NCBI GenBank assembly: GCA_951406725.2
Contig: OX597832.1
Coordinates: 64,604,001-64,668,000 of the forward strand
Direction of reading: 5' to 3'
Origin: Octopus vulgaris
Taxonomy: Eukaryota
DNA: 64,000 nucleotides
The translations under genes and the position numbers were made by a program. Under the pieces are notes generated by a model. The model did not search any database. It saw only the letters and a program-made list of their open reading frames with translations, and was not told the DNA's origin. This document shows positions 25,402-39,919 of this stretch, one piece after another. Every line of letters starts with the position of its first letter. The stretch's first letter is position 1.

Positions 25402-26643
25402 TTATCTATCTATACGGAATGATTTATGATTCAACATAATAGTGTAAACGTTAAATATGCAAGTACTAATAATCGCGCGCGTGTGTGTGCGTGCGTGTGT
25501 GTGTGTGCGTGTAAATAAATATATATATACATATACATTTGGATTTTATAATTGTTTTGCAAGGTTCTTGATGTGAACACGAGTTTTGAAAAACAGATTT
25601 CGTTGCCTCTGGGGAGGGCCATTATGTTAAAATGCGGACAAGACGCAGAATATTGGGTTTTTGTTTTGAAATTACAAAGAGATGAACATAGACTAGTAAA
25701 CTGACTACAGTGCAGTAGACTGCCCCAACTACTCTTTCAAATTGTGTAGCCCTCGCCCAGAAGAGCCCCCGAACGGCATTCCATCTGTTACTTTTCCTTT
25801 TTTGTGGTAACTACTGACAGGGGACTGCCAATGATAAACAGTATTCCTTTAAGCACAGTTTTGCCTGATTAGGTCTTAGCAAGGGCTAAATGCCAAATAA
25901 CAGTAAATCAATATGAATAGCAATAACGACAACAACATAACTGACCTTCATAATGTGAACTTTTAAATAATAATGGTGCTGCATCAATGATGATCGTGTG
26001 TATGCTTGTGAAATGGCAGATGTAGATTTGAGAGAATGTAGGAGAGTCTGTGTTGTGTTTGCTCGCATTAAATGGTGAACGCTTCCGTTTAATATAACTG
26101 TGTTAAAGAGCATGTCACGCAAACTCATTCAAGAAACCAACATTCACTAACCTCAAATGCACTGAAGAATCGGTAGATACGCAACGAACGCTTGACTTAC
26201 AAGAATGCAATTTCAATCGCGTGTCTGCTGTGGGTGGTGGGAAGATTGTGTATGTGTGTGGTTTGTGTGTGTGAGACGGAGAGAGAGAGAGAGACGGGGG
26301 TGTGCGAACGTGTGAGTGTGTGTGAGTGTGACGTGTGAGCGTGGCATGACTTGTGTTGTGATTTACTAATGATGCGTATGATTAAAGATTTAAATAGATC
26401 CAGGTTGAAATGTCGGTTGTGTGTGAGTGCACATACATACATACACACTCACGCACAGACACAAATATATACACATATATACATACATAGTGAGGAATTA
26501 ACAGGCAGCACTTTACACGTTAGTATATACTCACATGCGTAATGTATTTATAACAGAAAAACCAACAACCAATTTGCACACTAACATGTACTAACAATCG
26601 CGCGCTTGCGCGCGCGAGTGCCTGCGTGTGTGCCTGTCTATGG

Positions 26644-26696
<53 letters not shown>

Positions 26697-26970
26697 AACG
26701 CCTAATAAACATAATCAAACAGCAAACGGACATATACGCGTAGACACAAAATGGCGCACACAATTACGCCTGCATAAATATACAAATAGAAAGAATAACC
26801 CTTCCTCTCACCATCACTACAGCATATATACCGACGCACATAAGTGTGTCTGAGTAGACTGTAGAACTCGGACTACAATTGCATCTTAATTAAAGCATTG
26901 TCGCTACGGTTTATTGATTATTCTCATTAAATTCAACACATCAATATACGTACAAACACACCTCTCTCTC

Positions 26971-27006
<36 letters not shown>

Positions 27007-27285
27007 GACACACACACATATACATACATACATACACACACGTGGAGTCAAATAACTACAGGCATTCACACTGACAGAGTCACGCAGCTCGGCATCCAGT
27101 CACTCGTTCAAATCTCTCATAACATTCCAGACGTAAATTTATACATAGACAAGACACCTACGTACCTAGATACAACCATACATACATACATACATACGTA
27201 CATACATACATACATACATACATACATACATACATACATACATACATACATACATACATACATACATACATACATACATGCATAC

Positions 27286-27333
<48 letters not shown>

Positions 27334-27699
27334 ACACAAGCATAGGCCGACATAACCAAAAAAGAATATGGGTACACTCAAATAACTACACATACACACA
27401 CGCATACACACTCAAAGAACTATACAGACCCCTCCCACACACATCCAAATAAATATCAACCTCCATTCAAACGCATTTAAGTGTCGATGCCCTTAGTTTC
27501 AATTCACCGATAGCAACGACAATTTCAGTGAAAGAAATTGGCTTCGTTTCTACGGATGGTCGGTGTGTCTGTCTGTCTGTCTGTGTCAGTCTTCATATCT
27601 TTCTTTCTATCCACTTATATTTTACCTACCTCTCTATCTACACGTGTGCAGATGATTACATCCCATCACAGAATCATGCTCTCTCTCTCTTTCTCTGCG

Positions 27700-27756
<57 letters not shown>

Positions 27757-27994
27757 TACACACACACACACACACTCACACACATATATACACGCACAAA
27801 CACATACGTACACACATTATAGTTGAGACAGAAGGAGAGAGAGAGAAGAGATTAGGAGAGTGGGTTAAATATACAGATTGTTTATTTATCTATTTGACTA
27901 AGTTTATGAAAGATTATCTATGTGTCGACACCTTATCGAATTATGCTTATAATACAAGTGTATATAGGTATATTTATATTGGTATGAGTTACCT

Positions 27995-28058
<64 letters not shown>

Positions 28059-28764
28059 TTCTCTCTCTCTCTCTCTCTCTCTCTACCTATCTATCTGTCT
28101 TACAGTACAGCAATCTGCTTGTCTACGTTACTCTACGAAGTGATCTGCACTGACTACAATGGTGAAGACACAGATAACAAGGCAGGCACACAAGAGAGAT
28201 GAAACAACAAGAATTAGAGACCAACAGACGCGCAGACGCATACAGAAAAGTTATACAAAAGCAATAAAGTAAAACCGATAGTCAAAAAGACATAGAAAAA
28301 CTGAAGATTTGAAGAAGGAGACAGCAGGAATGTCATGAATAATTTGTACATCATTGTTCTTGCATTATTATTTTTTGATTTTTATGTTTTGAACCAATTT
28401 CTTTTTATGGTATTGTTCGTGGTGTCTTACTCTGTAGAACTGTTCAGTTGTTTTGTTTTCTTATTTTTTACTGCTGGATCCTCAAAGACTAAAGTATAAC
28501 ACGAAGAACTCTACGATTCAATTTCTGATTCACTAGCACGTACTAAAAGAAATATGTTAATTAAATATATACAAAATTAAACTCACGCACGGCTATAAGT
28601 ATGCACACACACACACACATTCACACACATACTCACACACACGTATGTTTGTATTTACTTGTGTCCATATGTATGTCTGTGTGTGTGCTTCATTTTGCAT
28701 ATGTCAATTATGAAATTGAAACCCTAAAGCGTGCATGTATATGTGTTTACATAATATCTATATG

Positions 28765-28819
<55 letters not shown>

Positions 28820-29797
28820 CGGGCTAAAACATTTTTAAGGATTTAAGGATTTAAGGATATATGTATATAATATATATATTATACATAATATATATGCATA
28901 TATATAATATTATATAAAGTATAATATATATTATACATAATATATATATTATTCATAATAAATAAATATATAAATGTGTGTGTGTGTGATTCAAGTGAGG
29001 GTAGATAAGTATATACATGTAGGCGCATGTACGTGAGTGTATGGGCGTGCATATGTATGTATGGAGATGCGCGCTTACGCGATTACTGTGAACATTTTTA
29101 CTCCCTTACCTTTATTCGCTCCCCTTACTTAGCGGTCATTCTAATAGCTCTTTTGTCTTAATAACGTTCCATCACACAGTAATTTCCCTTTGTTTTAACG
29201 GTCATTTTCATTGCATTTTTCTCGATGGCCCGATAACTGAAGAGATGCCGTGGGTTTCCGCCCCTACATCCGAAACTCAGAGTTTTATTATGGCTACTGA
29301 ATAATTGTCAGATGTTATATTTACAGATAAATTCCTCTGTTTACATAATATCGAGGTCTCTTTCATTCTTTTGTTGACTTACCTTTTCTGTCAATGTATA
29401 TATATATATACACACACACACATACATACTGGTTTTTGGATTGATTCGGCAAATACCTTCTTCTATAACCCCGGGCCAACCAATGTGTTTTGAGTAAAGT
29501 TTGCGAATGGAAATTGATCGGGAGCGCGTTGTATGTGTGTGCCTGCGTATATGTGTCCCCTGCACCGTTTGAAATCCGGGGTTTGTTTACGCCCCCGTAA
29601 GTTATCAATTCGTTTGCATAGGCCAAGAGAATAACAAATTAATGAAATATAAATTCTATGTTTAATTTGTTCGACTAAACAGTTCAAGAGGGTGTCCCAT
29701 TATGGCCGCAGTCCAATCAATGTAAAATGTAAAAGACATATTATATTTCGTTTTGGGATTTGGATTTCAAGATTCTTTATGTGTTGAAGCAGATTCT

Positions 29798-30029
29798 GTT
29801 GTGACTGGGGAGAGTCATTCTCTTTTGGTGCCTTATAATTTAACACATTCACCGGTAAAATTTCCACTTATTTCGTTCTATATTTTTCTAAAATTTTCGT
29901 TGCGTCTGGCAACCTTTTCAATAGTTTTGAGTGAAAACTATTGAAAAGAAATTTTACTGGTGGAAATTTTACCGGTGAGTGTGTTAAATTATAAGGCACC
30001 AAAATAGAATGACTCTCCCCAGACACAAC
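29798..30029. mobile_element. Palindromic short element with ~70-bp inverted arms and an internal hammerhead-like fold
   Basis: 29798-29867 is an inverted copy of 29960-30029. Inner perfect 15-bp hairpin at 29914-29928/29934-29948. Confidence 0.8.
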
Positions 30030-30646
30030 TACATACATTAAAATTATAGCGATATATAGAGATAGAAATTATTTGCTCTAAATTGCAAGACTGAACAACC
30101 ACTGAGCAGTACAACATGTTTAATATACTCTGTGCAGTGTTCAACGAATGTGTCCTATTCACTGCGCAATGCACAATGATGTAGAGAATTTCCTACTGAA
30201 AATGTTCGCTTGCTATATATATATATATGCTGCTGAAAATGTAGATTACTTGACCAATATCGTTTCGGAGAATCTTGAATTCTGAGTGTCTGCAGTTTGT
30301 TTTTTCATGTTGTTGATCTTGTTTATGTTCAGTTGAGCGAGGTTAACCTTGAGAGAGTAGTCATATGATCAAACGCATTACGTTCTGCGTTATTTGTTAA
30401 GGTTATCCTGGAGTACATGATTTTGTTTATACATTCCTGTTCAATGTTTTAAGTCGGTAGTATGTGAACTGAGATGGTTTGGCTGCTTACACAAGCACAA
30501 CACCCGATGGAATGCACGCTCACACTTACATACAAAGACACACGCGTAGCAGAACATACATTAAAGTTAATGAACAATAAAAAAAATAAAAAGATAAGTG
30601 TTTATTATTATTATTATTATTATTATTATTGATATATTATTTCTAA

Positions 30647-30990
30647 GGCTGTGAGCTGGCCTAATCTTTAGCACGCTGGGCAAAATGTTTATTTGCATTT
30701 CGCCTGTTTTTACGTTCAAATTCCACCGACGTCGACTTTGTCTTTCATCCTTCGGCTTCGACAAAATACCAGTCGAGTAATGGGGTCATTGTAATCGAGT
30801 ATTGGACGAATCGTTAACCCACGGAACAAAAGGCTAAAGGCATCTTTACGTCTTGTTTAAATATCGCCATGGTCAACTTTTCCTTTCGTTCTTTCAGACT
30901 CTAAAAAATGACCACTACCAAATAACTGGCGATCGATGAAATCGACTCAACACCCTCCACCCAAATCCCGGGCCATGTGCTTATAGTAGA
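30647..30990 (+). mobile_element. Two tandem SINE family C copies
   Basis: ggctgtgagctggcctaatctttagcacgctgggcaaaatg...gttcaaattccaccgacgtcgactttgtctttcatcc...ggggtcattgtaatcga, followed by a second, more diverged unit. Confidence 0.7.
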
Positions 30991-31429
30991 AAATATTATT
31001 ATCATCGTCCTCATTCAGCCTCTTGCCATTGACATGAGCTGGTCTTTAATCACGTGACCTTGTATATACAATTAAAACGTATATACAATTAAAACCCTTA
31101 GTTTCCATTATGTAATATTTCTTAACCTCTCTCTATGTGTCTCCAGGAATTAAGTTATCTCATGTGTCATTCTGGTAGTTCGAAGACACTGTGATCTCAA
31201 TTGATTTACATTTGGCTGCTGTTTTCAACACGTGGATTATTACAAAATCCTCGCCCTAACGTGTGTTCAATAGATGTTTTCGTCTATTGTTTTGTTTTTA
31301 AATTTCTTTGCATCCGTGTTTTTTAACTTCATCGTGTTATAGTATCTTTTCTATATTTCGACTCTAGCCAAAATGTGTCGGGACTTGTGGCTAATAAAAA
31401 TAACGGTATTAATAGGATGGGGTATTATA

Positions 31430-32093
<664 letters not shown>

Positions 32094-32507
32094 CCAGGTT
32101 TTCTCCTGTTTGATATATTTTTTACATAATGTATTTTATCCGTCATGCTTCATAGCAGCAGCAGTGTTTCTGTATGTATAGGTGCATAAACGTCCGTAAG
32201 GGCGTTTATATGTGTACGTAAATGTGTGTACTATAGCTTTTATTTCTACTCGTATTTTCTTTGTAGATTGTATTCTATATAGACTATTGTAAATAACAAT
32301 GTTGTAGTATGTGGTAGAAAGGTGGGAGGTGGGTGGATCGATCGATGTACCATGGGATGTATGGAGATGTTATTGACCATAATTTAGTTTCGGACATGCA
32401 CCGCTGGTCCCCGTAAATTAAAAAAAAGCGAAGAAATCAAACTCAAAATAATAAAAAAAGAAAATCTATTTACACACAGTCATAAAGAAATACGCAAAAA
32501 TGTAATA

Positions 32508-32551
<44 letters not shown>

Positions 32552-32697
32552 TAGCATATATATATATACATACACAAACCCATACATAGATAAACAATAT
32601 GTGTGTGTGTGTGTCTGTGTGAAAGATCCTAACAGAAGAAATTTCCTAAGATCTTCAGAAAAAATAAAGTAAAATGTATCCGATCACAAAAAATAAT

Positions 32698-32730
<33 letters not shown>

Positions 32731-32801
32731 GTTATATGTATTATATGCATACACCAAGATACACACAAAGCTATTATGCATACTCATATGTATGATGTAT
32801 T

Positions 32802-32867
<66 letters not shown>

Positions 32868-32871
<4 letters not shown>

Positions 32872-33531
32872 AAATAAGGGTATTTGAGAGATACCAACAT
32901 GCCGAAATAGCAGTCGAGACCCCGACTCCAAAAACAAGTTGAATATGCCAGATGGGTACATAAATACAAATATATATACAGAACACACGTTATACTTACA
33001 TATACGAACGTCCTTACATACATATATAAACACGTATGTACAAGACCAGTCATAATTGCCCACCAGCAACCTCACAAGCGCGATATGGTCAAAAATAAAC
33101 ATGGCAGTGAATGTATTAACGAATTATATAAATTTATAAATAAGGATAATATCTATATTTATGACTGGTCTTGTACATACGTGCATATATATGTATGTAA
33201 GGACGTTCGTATATGTAAGTATAACGTGTGTTCTGTATATATATTTGTATTTATGTACCCATCTGGCATATTCAACTGAAGAAGGCAGAGCTTATTGGAA
33301 GCAAATTCAGAAATCCAGGATCTTGAATTATCCAGTAAAATCTTTTGTGCTAGTTTATTTTGTCTCTCTGTCTTATCGCATGGTGCGATATGAACATTTA
33401 AGGTGTTTTTTAGAGTCAGGGATTTGACTGCTATTTCGGCATGGTGGTGTCTCTTTGTATGGTATCTATTCCCATGCTGGTCACTAGATAAGATCGATAT
33501 TTAAATATCGATATTATCCTTATTTATAAAT
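32868..33531. mobile_element. Inverted-duplicated PLE-like repeat (family H3) with hammerhead in the right arm
   Basis: Near-perfect ~118-bp inverted repeat at 32937-33055/33158-33277. Outer inverted pair ~32888-32936/33403-33453. Third pair 33132-33160/33502-33531. Confidence 0.8.
33270..33328 (+). ncRNA. Type-I hammerhead ribozyme motif
   Basis: auucaa CUGAAGA [27-nt helix II region] GAAA ucc-a-gga UC uugaau. 6-bp helix I, near-palindromic helix III, AUC triplet; helix II pairing is weak in this copy. Confidence 0.62.
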
Positions 33532-33542
33532 AGATATATATC

Positions 33543-33574
<32 letters not shown>

Positions 33575-33575
<1 letters not shown>

Positions 33576-33717
33576 GCATGCATGGTTGTGTGGTGAGAAG
33601 CTTGCTTTCTAACAATGTGGCCTTCATGTCAGTCCCAACGTGCCCCTCTTCTACTATGGCTCCAACCTGGCCAAGGTCACGTGAGCGGATGTGTTAGATG
33701 GAAACCAGCCGTATTTG

Positions 33718-33759
<42 letters not shown>

Positions 33760-34003
33760 GTGTATACATATATGTATGCATGTGTGTGTGTGGGTGTCCG
33801 AGTGAGTGTGTGTGCTTGTCTCCCATCAAAATTTGCCAACCAGTGTTTGTTTCTGCTTTCTTACGTGGCTTAGCTGTTCGGCTAAAGAAGATTGTTCAAA
33901 GGAGTACCATGCTTAAACTAATGAATACCAGGATCGATTTATTCCGCGAAACACTTCAAGGAATGCCCCAGCATGGCCACAGTCACATGAAACAAGTATG
34001 AGA
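33575..34003 (+). mobile_element. Diverged SINE family A copy
   Basis: ggttgtgtggtgagaagcttgctttctaac...tcttctactatgg...gtgagcggat...cttagctgttcggc...ccccagcatggccacagtcacatgaaacaagta. Confidence 0.7.
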
Positions 34004-34032
34004 ATATATATATATATATATTATTAAAATTA

Positions 34033-34462
34033 TAATTAAGGGTATCTAAGAGATACCATCATGCTAGATATAGCAACAAAAACTTGACTCTAAAACCACA
34101 TTAAATGTTCATACTGCACCAGGAGAGAAGACAAAGAGACAAAATAAAGTAGCAAAAAAACTATTGCATAATTCCAGATCCGGTTATCTGACTCTGCATA
34201 AGAAATTATTTGCCCTCATCAGTGGAATATACACAAAATAGTACATAAATAGTACATAAATAAAAATAGACACTCGCACACACACACATATACACATATA
34301 TAGATATATATACAACATACGAATACTTACATATACGCACGTATACACATATATATGCACGTATGCACACGGCTAGTTTAAATTGCCCGCCTAATCTCCC
34401 CGTATGATATGGTCAATATACCACCGCAGTGAATATAATGACGAAGTAAATATATAAATTTA
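34033..34462 (-). mobile_element. Second copy of family H3 with hammerhead motif at 34171-34228
   Basis: Homologous to 32868-33135 plus the segment missing there. Minus strand auucca CUGAUGA ... GAUA accgga UC uggaau. Confidence 0.65.
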
Positions 34463-34482
34463 TATAATTTATATATATATAT

Positions 34483-34845
34483 TCTCTTTTACTCTTTTAC
34501 TTGTTTCAGTCATTTGACTGAGGCCATGCTGGAGCACCGCCTTTGGGTAGTGGTGATTCTGTTTATTTATATATTAAATTATTTATTTGATATTATGTGT
34601 GTGTGTGTTTGAGAGAGAGAGAGAGAGGGGGGTGAGGTATTGTGGTATTTTGTTAAGTTTATAGTTTTTTGTTTTATCTGCTTTCATTTGAATACGATGT
34701 TATTTTCTACCTATATTCCAAGAGACGGCTTATTCTTTGGAAGCTTAGTACTTATTCTATCTTTCTTTTTTGCCGAACCGCTAAGTTACGGGGACGTAAA
34801 CACACCACCATCGGTTGTCATGCGATGTTGGGGGACAAACATTTA
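34483..34845 (-). mobile_element. SINE family A 3' half interrupted by a ~180-bp insertion (34545-34724)
   Basis: SINE tail runs up to caccgccttt and resumes at cttattctttggaagcttagtacttattctatc. The insert matches 36336-36553. Confidence 0.75.
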
Positions 34846-35298
34846 TATATACATTTATATACAGAGAGCGAGAGAGAGGGAGAAAGAGAGAGGGGGAGAG
34901 AGAAAAAGAAGTAATGTAAAGATTATCTTTATAAATCTATGAAATTTGGCCTGAAGTAAAATGGACTCTGAATCCCTCCTTGGGGCACTTTGGACTCAAT
35001 ATATCCAGAATTTTATGAGTGCATTATCGTTGACGTTATCAAGCTGCCTGATTTCAGTGAATATACGAGTAGTATAAAGTTAGATTCAGTGAATAATATG
35101 GCATTTGCAGTAAGCTTCTCATTCAGAAACGGCTATCAGGTTGCATAGTAATCAACTACCGTGTAATATGATATAAGATATCCAGGAATATCCAGGAAAT
35201 CTGAAAAATACATTTTTCTGTGTGTGTGTGTGCGTGCGTTTAAATTCATCTCACACGCACGCACACTATATGCATAAATACATACATACATACATACA

Positions 35299-35356
<58 letters not shown>

Positions 35357-35404
35357 TATATATGTATCTATATATATGTTTATACACATATGTATATGTA
35401 AATA

Positions 35405-35451
<47 letters not shown>

Positions 35452-35536
35452 ACATATTTATATATGTATATATATATATATATATATATGTATACATATT
35501 TATATATGTATAGATATATATATGTATAGATATATG

Positions 35537-35569
<33 letters not shown>

Positions 35570-35716
35570 GTATAGATATATGTATATATGTATATGCATA
35601 TATATGCATATATAGATGCATGTAAATATATATATGTATATATAGGTATATATATATATGTATGTATGTATGTATGCATGTATCTATCTATCTATCTATC
35701 TATCTATATATATATA

Positions 35717-35753
<37 letters not shown>

Positions 35754-36409
35754 TGATGTGTTTAAAAATATTACGAGATATGATACAACGATAATAATAA
35801 TAATAATAATAATAACTGCATTGCTTGTCGATAACAGAAGAAAGAATCTCTTTCTGAATATAATATTGCAATATATTCATATAATAATATTAATAATAAT
35901 AACAATAATGATAATAATAATAATATTCAAACTAATGTCAATAAAAATAACACAAAAAATTAGAAAGGAAAAGAAATAGACGAAGAAGAAAGCCAACACC
36001 CGGACATTTACCAAACTAACAACAAATCAAGCAAAATAAACCTATACAATGTAATGCGGTTCTCTTATCAATAGACATTAGTTAAGAATATTTTTTTCAG
36101 ATATTTAGCACGGTTGACTTCTCCAAGAATGATTACTGAAGAACACAGCCGATGTAGGTTCTCTTATGAACGCTTGGTTTTTTTATTTAATATTTTATTT
36201 ATTCATATATTTATATATTCCTTGACTGTTTACTTTATTACATACATACATATGTGTCTGTGTACACACATACATACATAAATGTACGTGTGTGTGTGAG
36301 TCGTTGTTTGGTTATTCTTATTACTTTAGCTGTTTGGGTAGTGGCGATTCTGTTAATTTATTTATTTATATATCAAATTATTTATTTGATATTATGTGTG
36401 TGTGTGTTT

Positions 36410-36458
<49 letters not shown>

Positions 36459-37105
36459 GTGGGATGGTGGTATTTTTATTCATTTTATAGTTTTTTTGTT
36501 CTATCTGCTTTCATTTGAATACGATAAGTTATTTTCTACCTATATTCCAAGAGTTGTTTCCACACTAATATCAATAGCAATAATATTAAATAACAACAAT
36601 AACAAACACATACATAAGTACTACTACAACTGCTATTAATAATAATGATGATAATGTTAATGATTGTAATAATAGTAGTAGTAATGATAATGATAATAAT
36701 ATGATAAATATTAAGGTATCGAAATGAAACGAAACGAAACGATATGAAGGAGGAAAAAATTACACAAGGAAACATGAAAATAACATAAAAGCGAAACGAA
36801 AAAATAATTAAAAAGAAAATACAATATATGTGCGATGGAGTGTAACATTGTATTTAGAAGCAACTAACAAAACCCTGCTTTGCCCAAACCATTCAATATC
36901 ATGCATGTGTGTGTGCCTGCGCCTGCGTGTGTGTGTGTGCTTGTGTGTGTGTGTTGCGTGCGTGTGTGTGTGTGTGTGTGCGTGCATACATATGTGTGTG
37001 TGTCTGTGTGTGTGTGTATTCATACCTCTGCGAATGCATGAAAGACATACAAAGACATACGGATACTCGCACTCACACATAAATCCACAAAGAAACAAAC
37101 ACAGA

Positions 37106-37155
<50 letters not shown>

Positions 37156-37644
37156 TATCTATATATACACACGCAAACACGTATGTCTGTGCGTGTATGT
37201 AAAATAATACGGAACCAAAAGAATTCGATGTAATGGAAAAGAAGAATGCATTAAAAAATACACTGTAACTTCACAAATTACGACTCTTAATTCATTTTGA
37301 TGATTTTCAAGTAACATAATCTCGTCACCAAATTTAAAAAGAAAGCAAGAAAAAAAAACAAGAATTATCAGTAAAAATTTTTATAAGATGCGGACATACA
37401 ATTTTCCCGATATGTGCAATTTCCTTAATCCCGTTAATTTTTCTTGAAATTATTTGTCATTCAAAATCGTTATGCCACTGTGAAAAACTATTTACACTTC
37501 ATAATCCATTTAAAACTCAATATTGGTTTCAAATACATTTGAATTATGCTTCAGTCACCATCAATAATATTTCCTGAAATACGTGGTTGCAAAGCCGGCT
37601 CTATATCGACACTCCTATCTGCCCTGATATACTTTAAGGATAAC

Positions 37645-38060
37645 AACGAACATCTCACAAACCATCGTTTTTATCTACAAGCTAACCGTTCATATAACTG
37701 CATCTTTTTTTTTAACCGACAGTCAACTACTAATATGAGTATTTGACACATGCCAACAGCTTACATGATAGTAGTTGAAGGAAGACAACATCTCACATAA
37801 TGGCAATTTTACCTAAAAGCCAACAGCTAAAACACTAAATCTTTACCAACATCCGATAGCTGATATACAAGAATTTTGTTACCGACAGCTAATAAAATGT
37901 GCATTTTTACACACATCAACACCTTGTCATACCAATACTTGAAGTACCAGCCAACAGCTCACATATTAACACCTCTGAACAGCCAACAGCTAAAATACTC
38001 GATTTACCAAAATCCGATTGCTCGTAAACTGGAATCTTTTTTTAAAAAACAGCTAACACA
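37645..38060 (+). repeat. Degenerate ~33-bp-period minisatellite with conserved CCRACAGCT core
   Basis: Core variants at ~37716, 37753, 37786, 37820, 37853, 37882, 37917, 37951, 37983, 38014 and 38047. Confidence 0.6.
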
Positions 38061-38805
38061 ACTGCTTTCTGTAGGCATGTTAGCGGTTGGATGCTAGTAA
38101 TAATGCGGATCTATAAGCTATTGGCCCATTGGTGAAATGCCAATGAGAGATCCATTAGCACATATATTGTCATCATTTCGTCCAATAGAAAAACAGCACC
38201 TCCATCACTACTTTTCTAACATCGAACAACTTGAATGTCTGCGTTCTAGGAATGTAAATGCATCGAAAAGATTATTGGAAACTCTAAACTAACGCTTGTA
38301 TATGCATGCGAATGTACATACATGTAAGTGTATGCTTCTTTAATCTGTATATGCCTCCGTAGAAGTGAAAATAGTGATGACTTGTTCGTTAGTCTCTGTG
38401 TATATGTAGGTGTATGCTTTCTTGTGAATGTGTGTGTGTTGTGTGTGCTTGTGTATCTACATATGTTTACATGTACAAGTGTGTAAATAAATGCGAGCAT
38501 GTGTATACATATATGTAAATGTATGTGCGAATGTGTGTCAGGTCTAAACATCTATCAAACCCCTATTTTACTCTGTCTGACTGAAAAAAATATCACCTTC
38601 AGCAATAACAACAACAACAAAAAACAACAAAAAAAAAAGAAGACTGCAAATCTGTAACAATATTAAAAATCTTGAATCGGTCTAAATGAAGTATTAATGA
38701 AAACACACCTTGATACCTTTTATCAACGGCAATCTATTTGGGATTGGTGAGCAGAATTGATTATTTATTTAACCATTCTGTTATTATATGCTGACATTAG
38801 TTTCC

Positions 38806-38815
38806 ATTATTATTA

Positions 38816-38852
<37 letters not shown>

Positions 38853-38867
38853 TATTATTATTATTAC

Positions 38868-38921
<54 letters not shown>

Positions 38922-38963
38922 TATTATTACTATTATTATTACTATTATTATTACTATTATTAC

Positions 38964-39012
<49 letters not shown>

Positions 39013-39040
39013 GTTTTTGTTGTTGTTGTTGTTATTATTA
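38806..39040. repeat. (TTA)n microsatellite, followed by a decayed (GAT)n-rich tract (~39200-39830)
   Basis: Direct reading. Confidence 0.9.
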
Positions 39041-39877
39041 CCGTCATATTATTTCGTTCTTTAGACCAATCCTGATCTTATTTTTATTGGAAAACAATTT
39101 TGTTGAATGAGGACAATAAAATGAAAGAAAAGTACAAAAGAAAAAAAAAGATCCTTACAAAAGAAAGAATACTAAAGAAAAAATAAAACAAAGAAACAAA
39201 CCACGTTGGTGATGACAAAGATGCGTAAAGGAGGAAGAGAAGATGATGATAATGATGATGATGATAGTGATAATGATGATAGTTATGATGAAGATAGTGA
39301 TGATGATGAAAGTGATGATGATTATGGTGATGAAATAAACGAGGGAAAAGAAGAAACGAAGGCAGAGTGACAATGATAATGGAGTGATGATAATAGATGA
39401 GGATTCACAAAATGGTGATGATGATGACTACGATAATAATGGTGATGTGACTTACGATAATGGTGGATAATGATGATTACGATATTGATAATGGTGTTAA
39501 TGATAGAGATGACCATGAGGATGATTACAGAGAAGTTTATGATGATCGTAAAGATAACGATGATGTTCATTATGATAATTAAAAAAAGAAAACGTTAGAA
39601 AATAATGAAAACAAAAAGGAAAATGTAAACAAAATAAGGTCAAAAACAGGTGTAAAACAAAAGGAAAACAGGAGTAAAGAGGGATGAAGATGATAAGAAG
39701 AATGATGATGATGACGATGTGAATGAGGGAAAGGAAAGAAAAGAAAGAAATGAAGAAAAAGTGAGGGAATGATAATAGCGAATGATGAATTAGAAATTCG
39801 ATGATGACGGTGATAAAGTAAAAAAAAAAAATAATGAAATTGATTTGAAACGAAAAAATCACAGAAATACACTCTGC

Positions 39878-39919
<42 letters not shown>

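Noticed and set aside
37645-38060. CRISPR array
   Set aside because: The 9-bp degenerate cores, mutually related spacers, eukaryotic context and absence of cas genes argue against it.
39200-39830. Asp/Met/His-rich ORFs
   Set aside because: Decayed (GAT)n microsatellite with stops scattered across frames.
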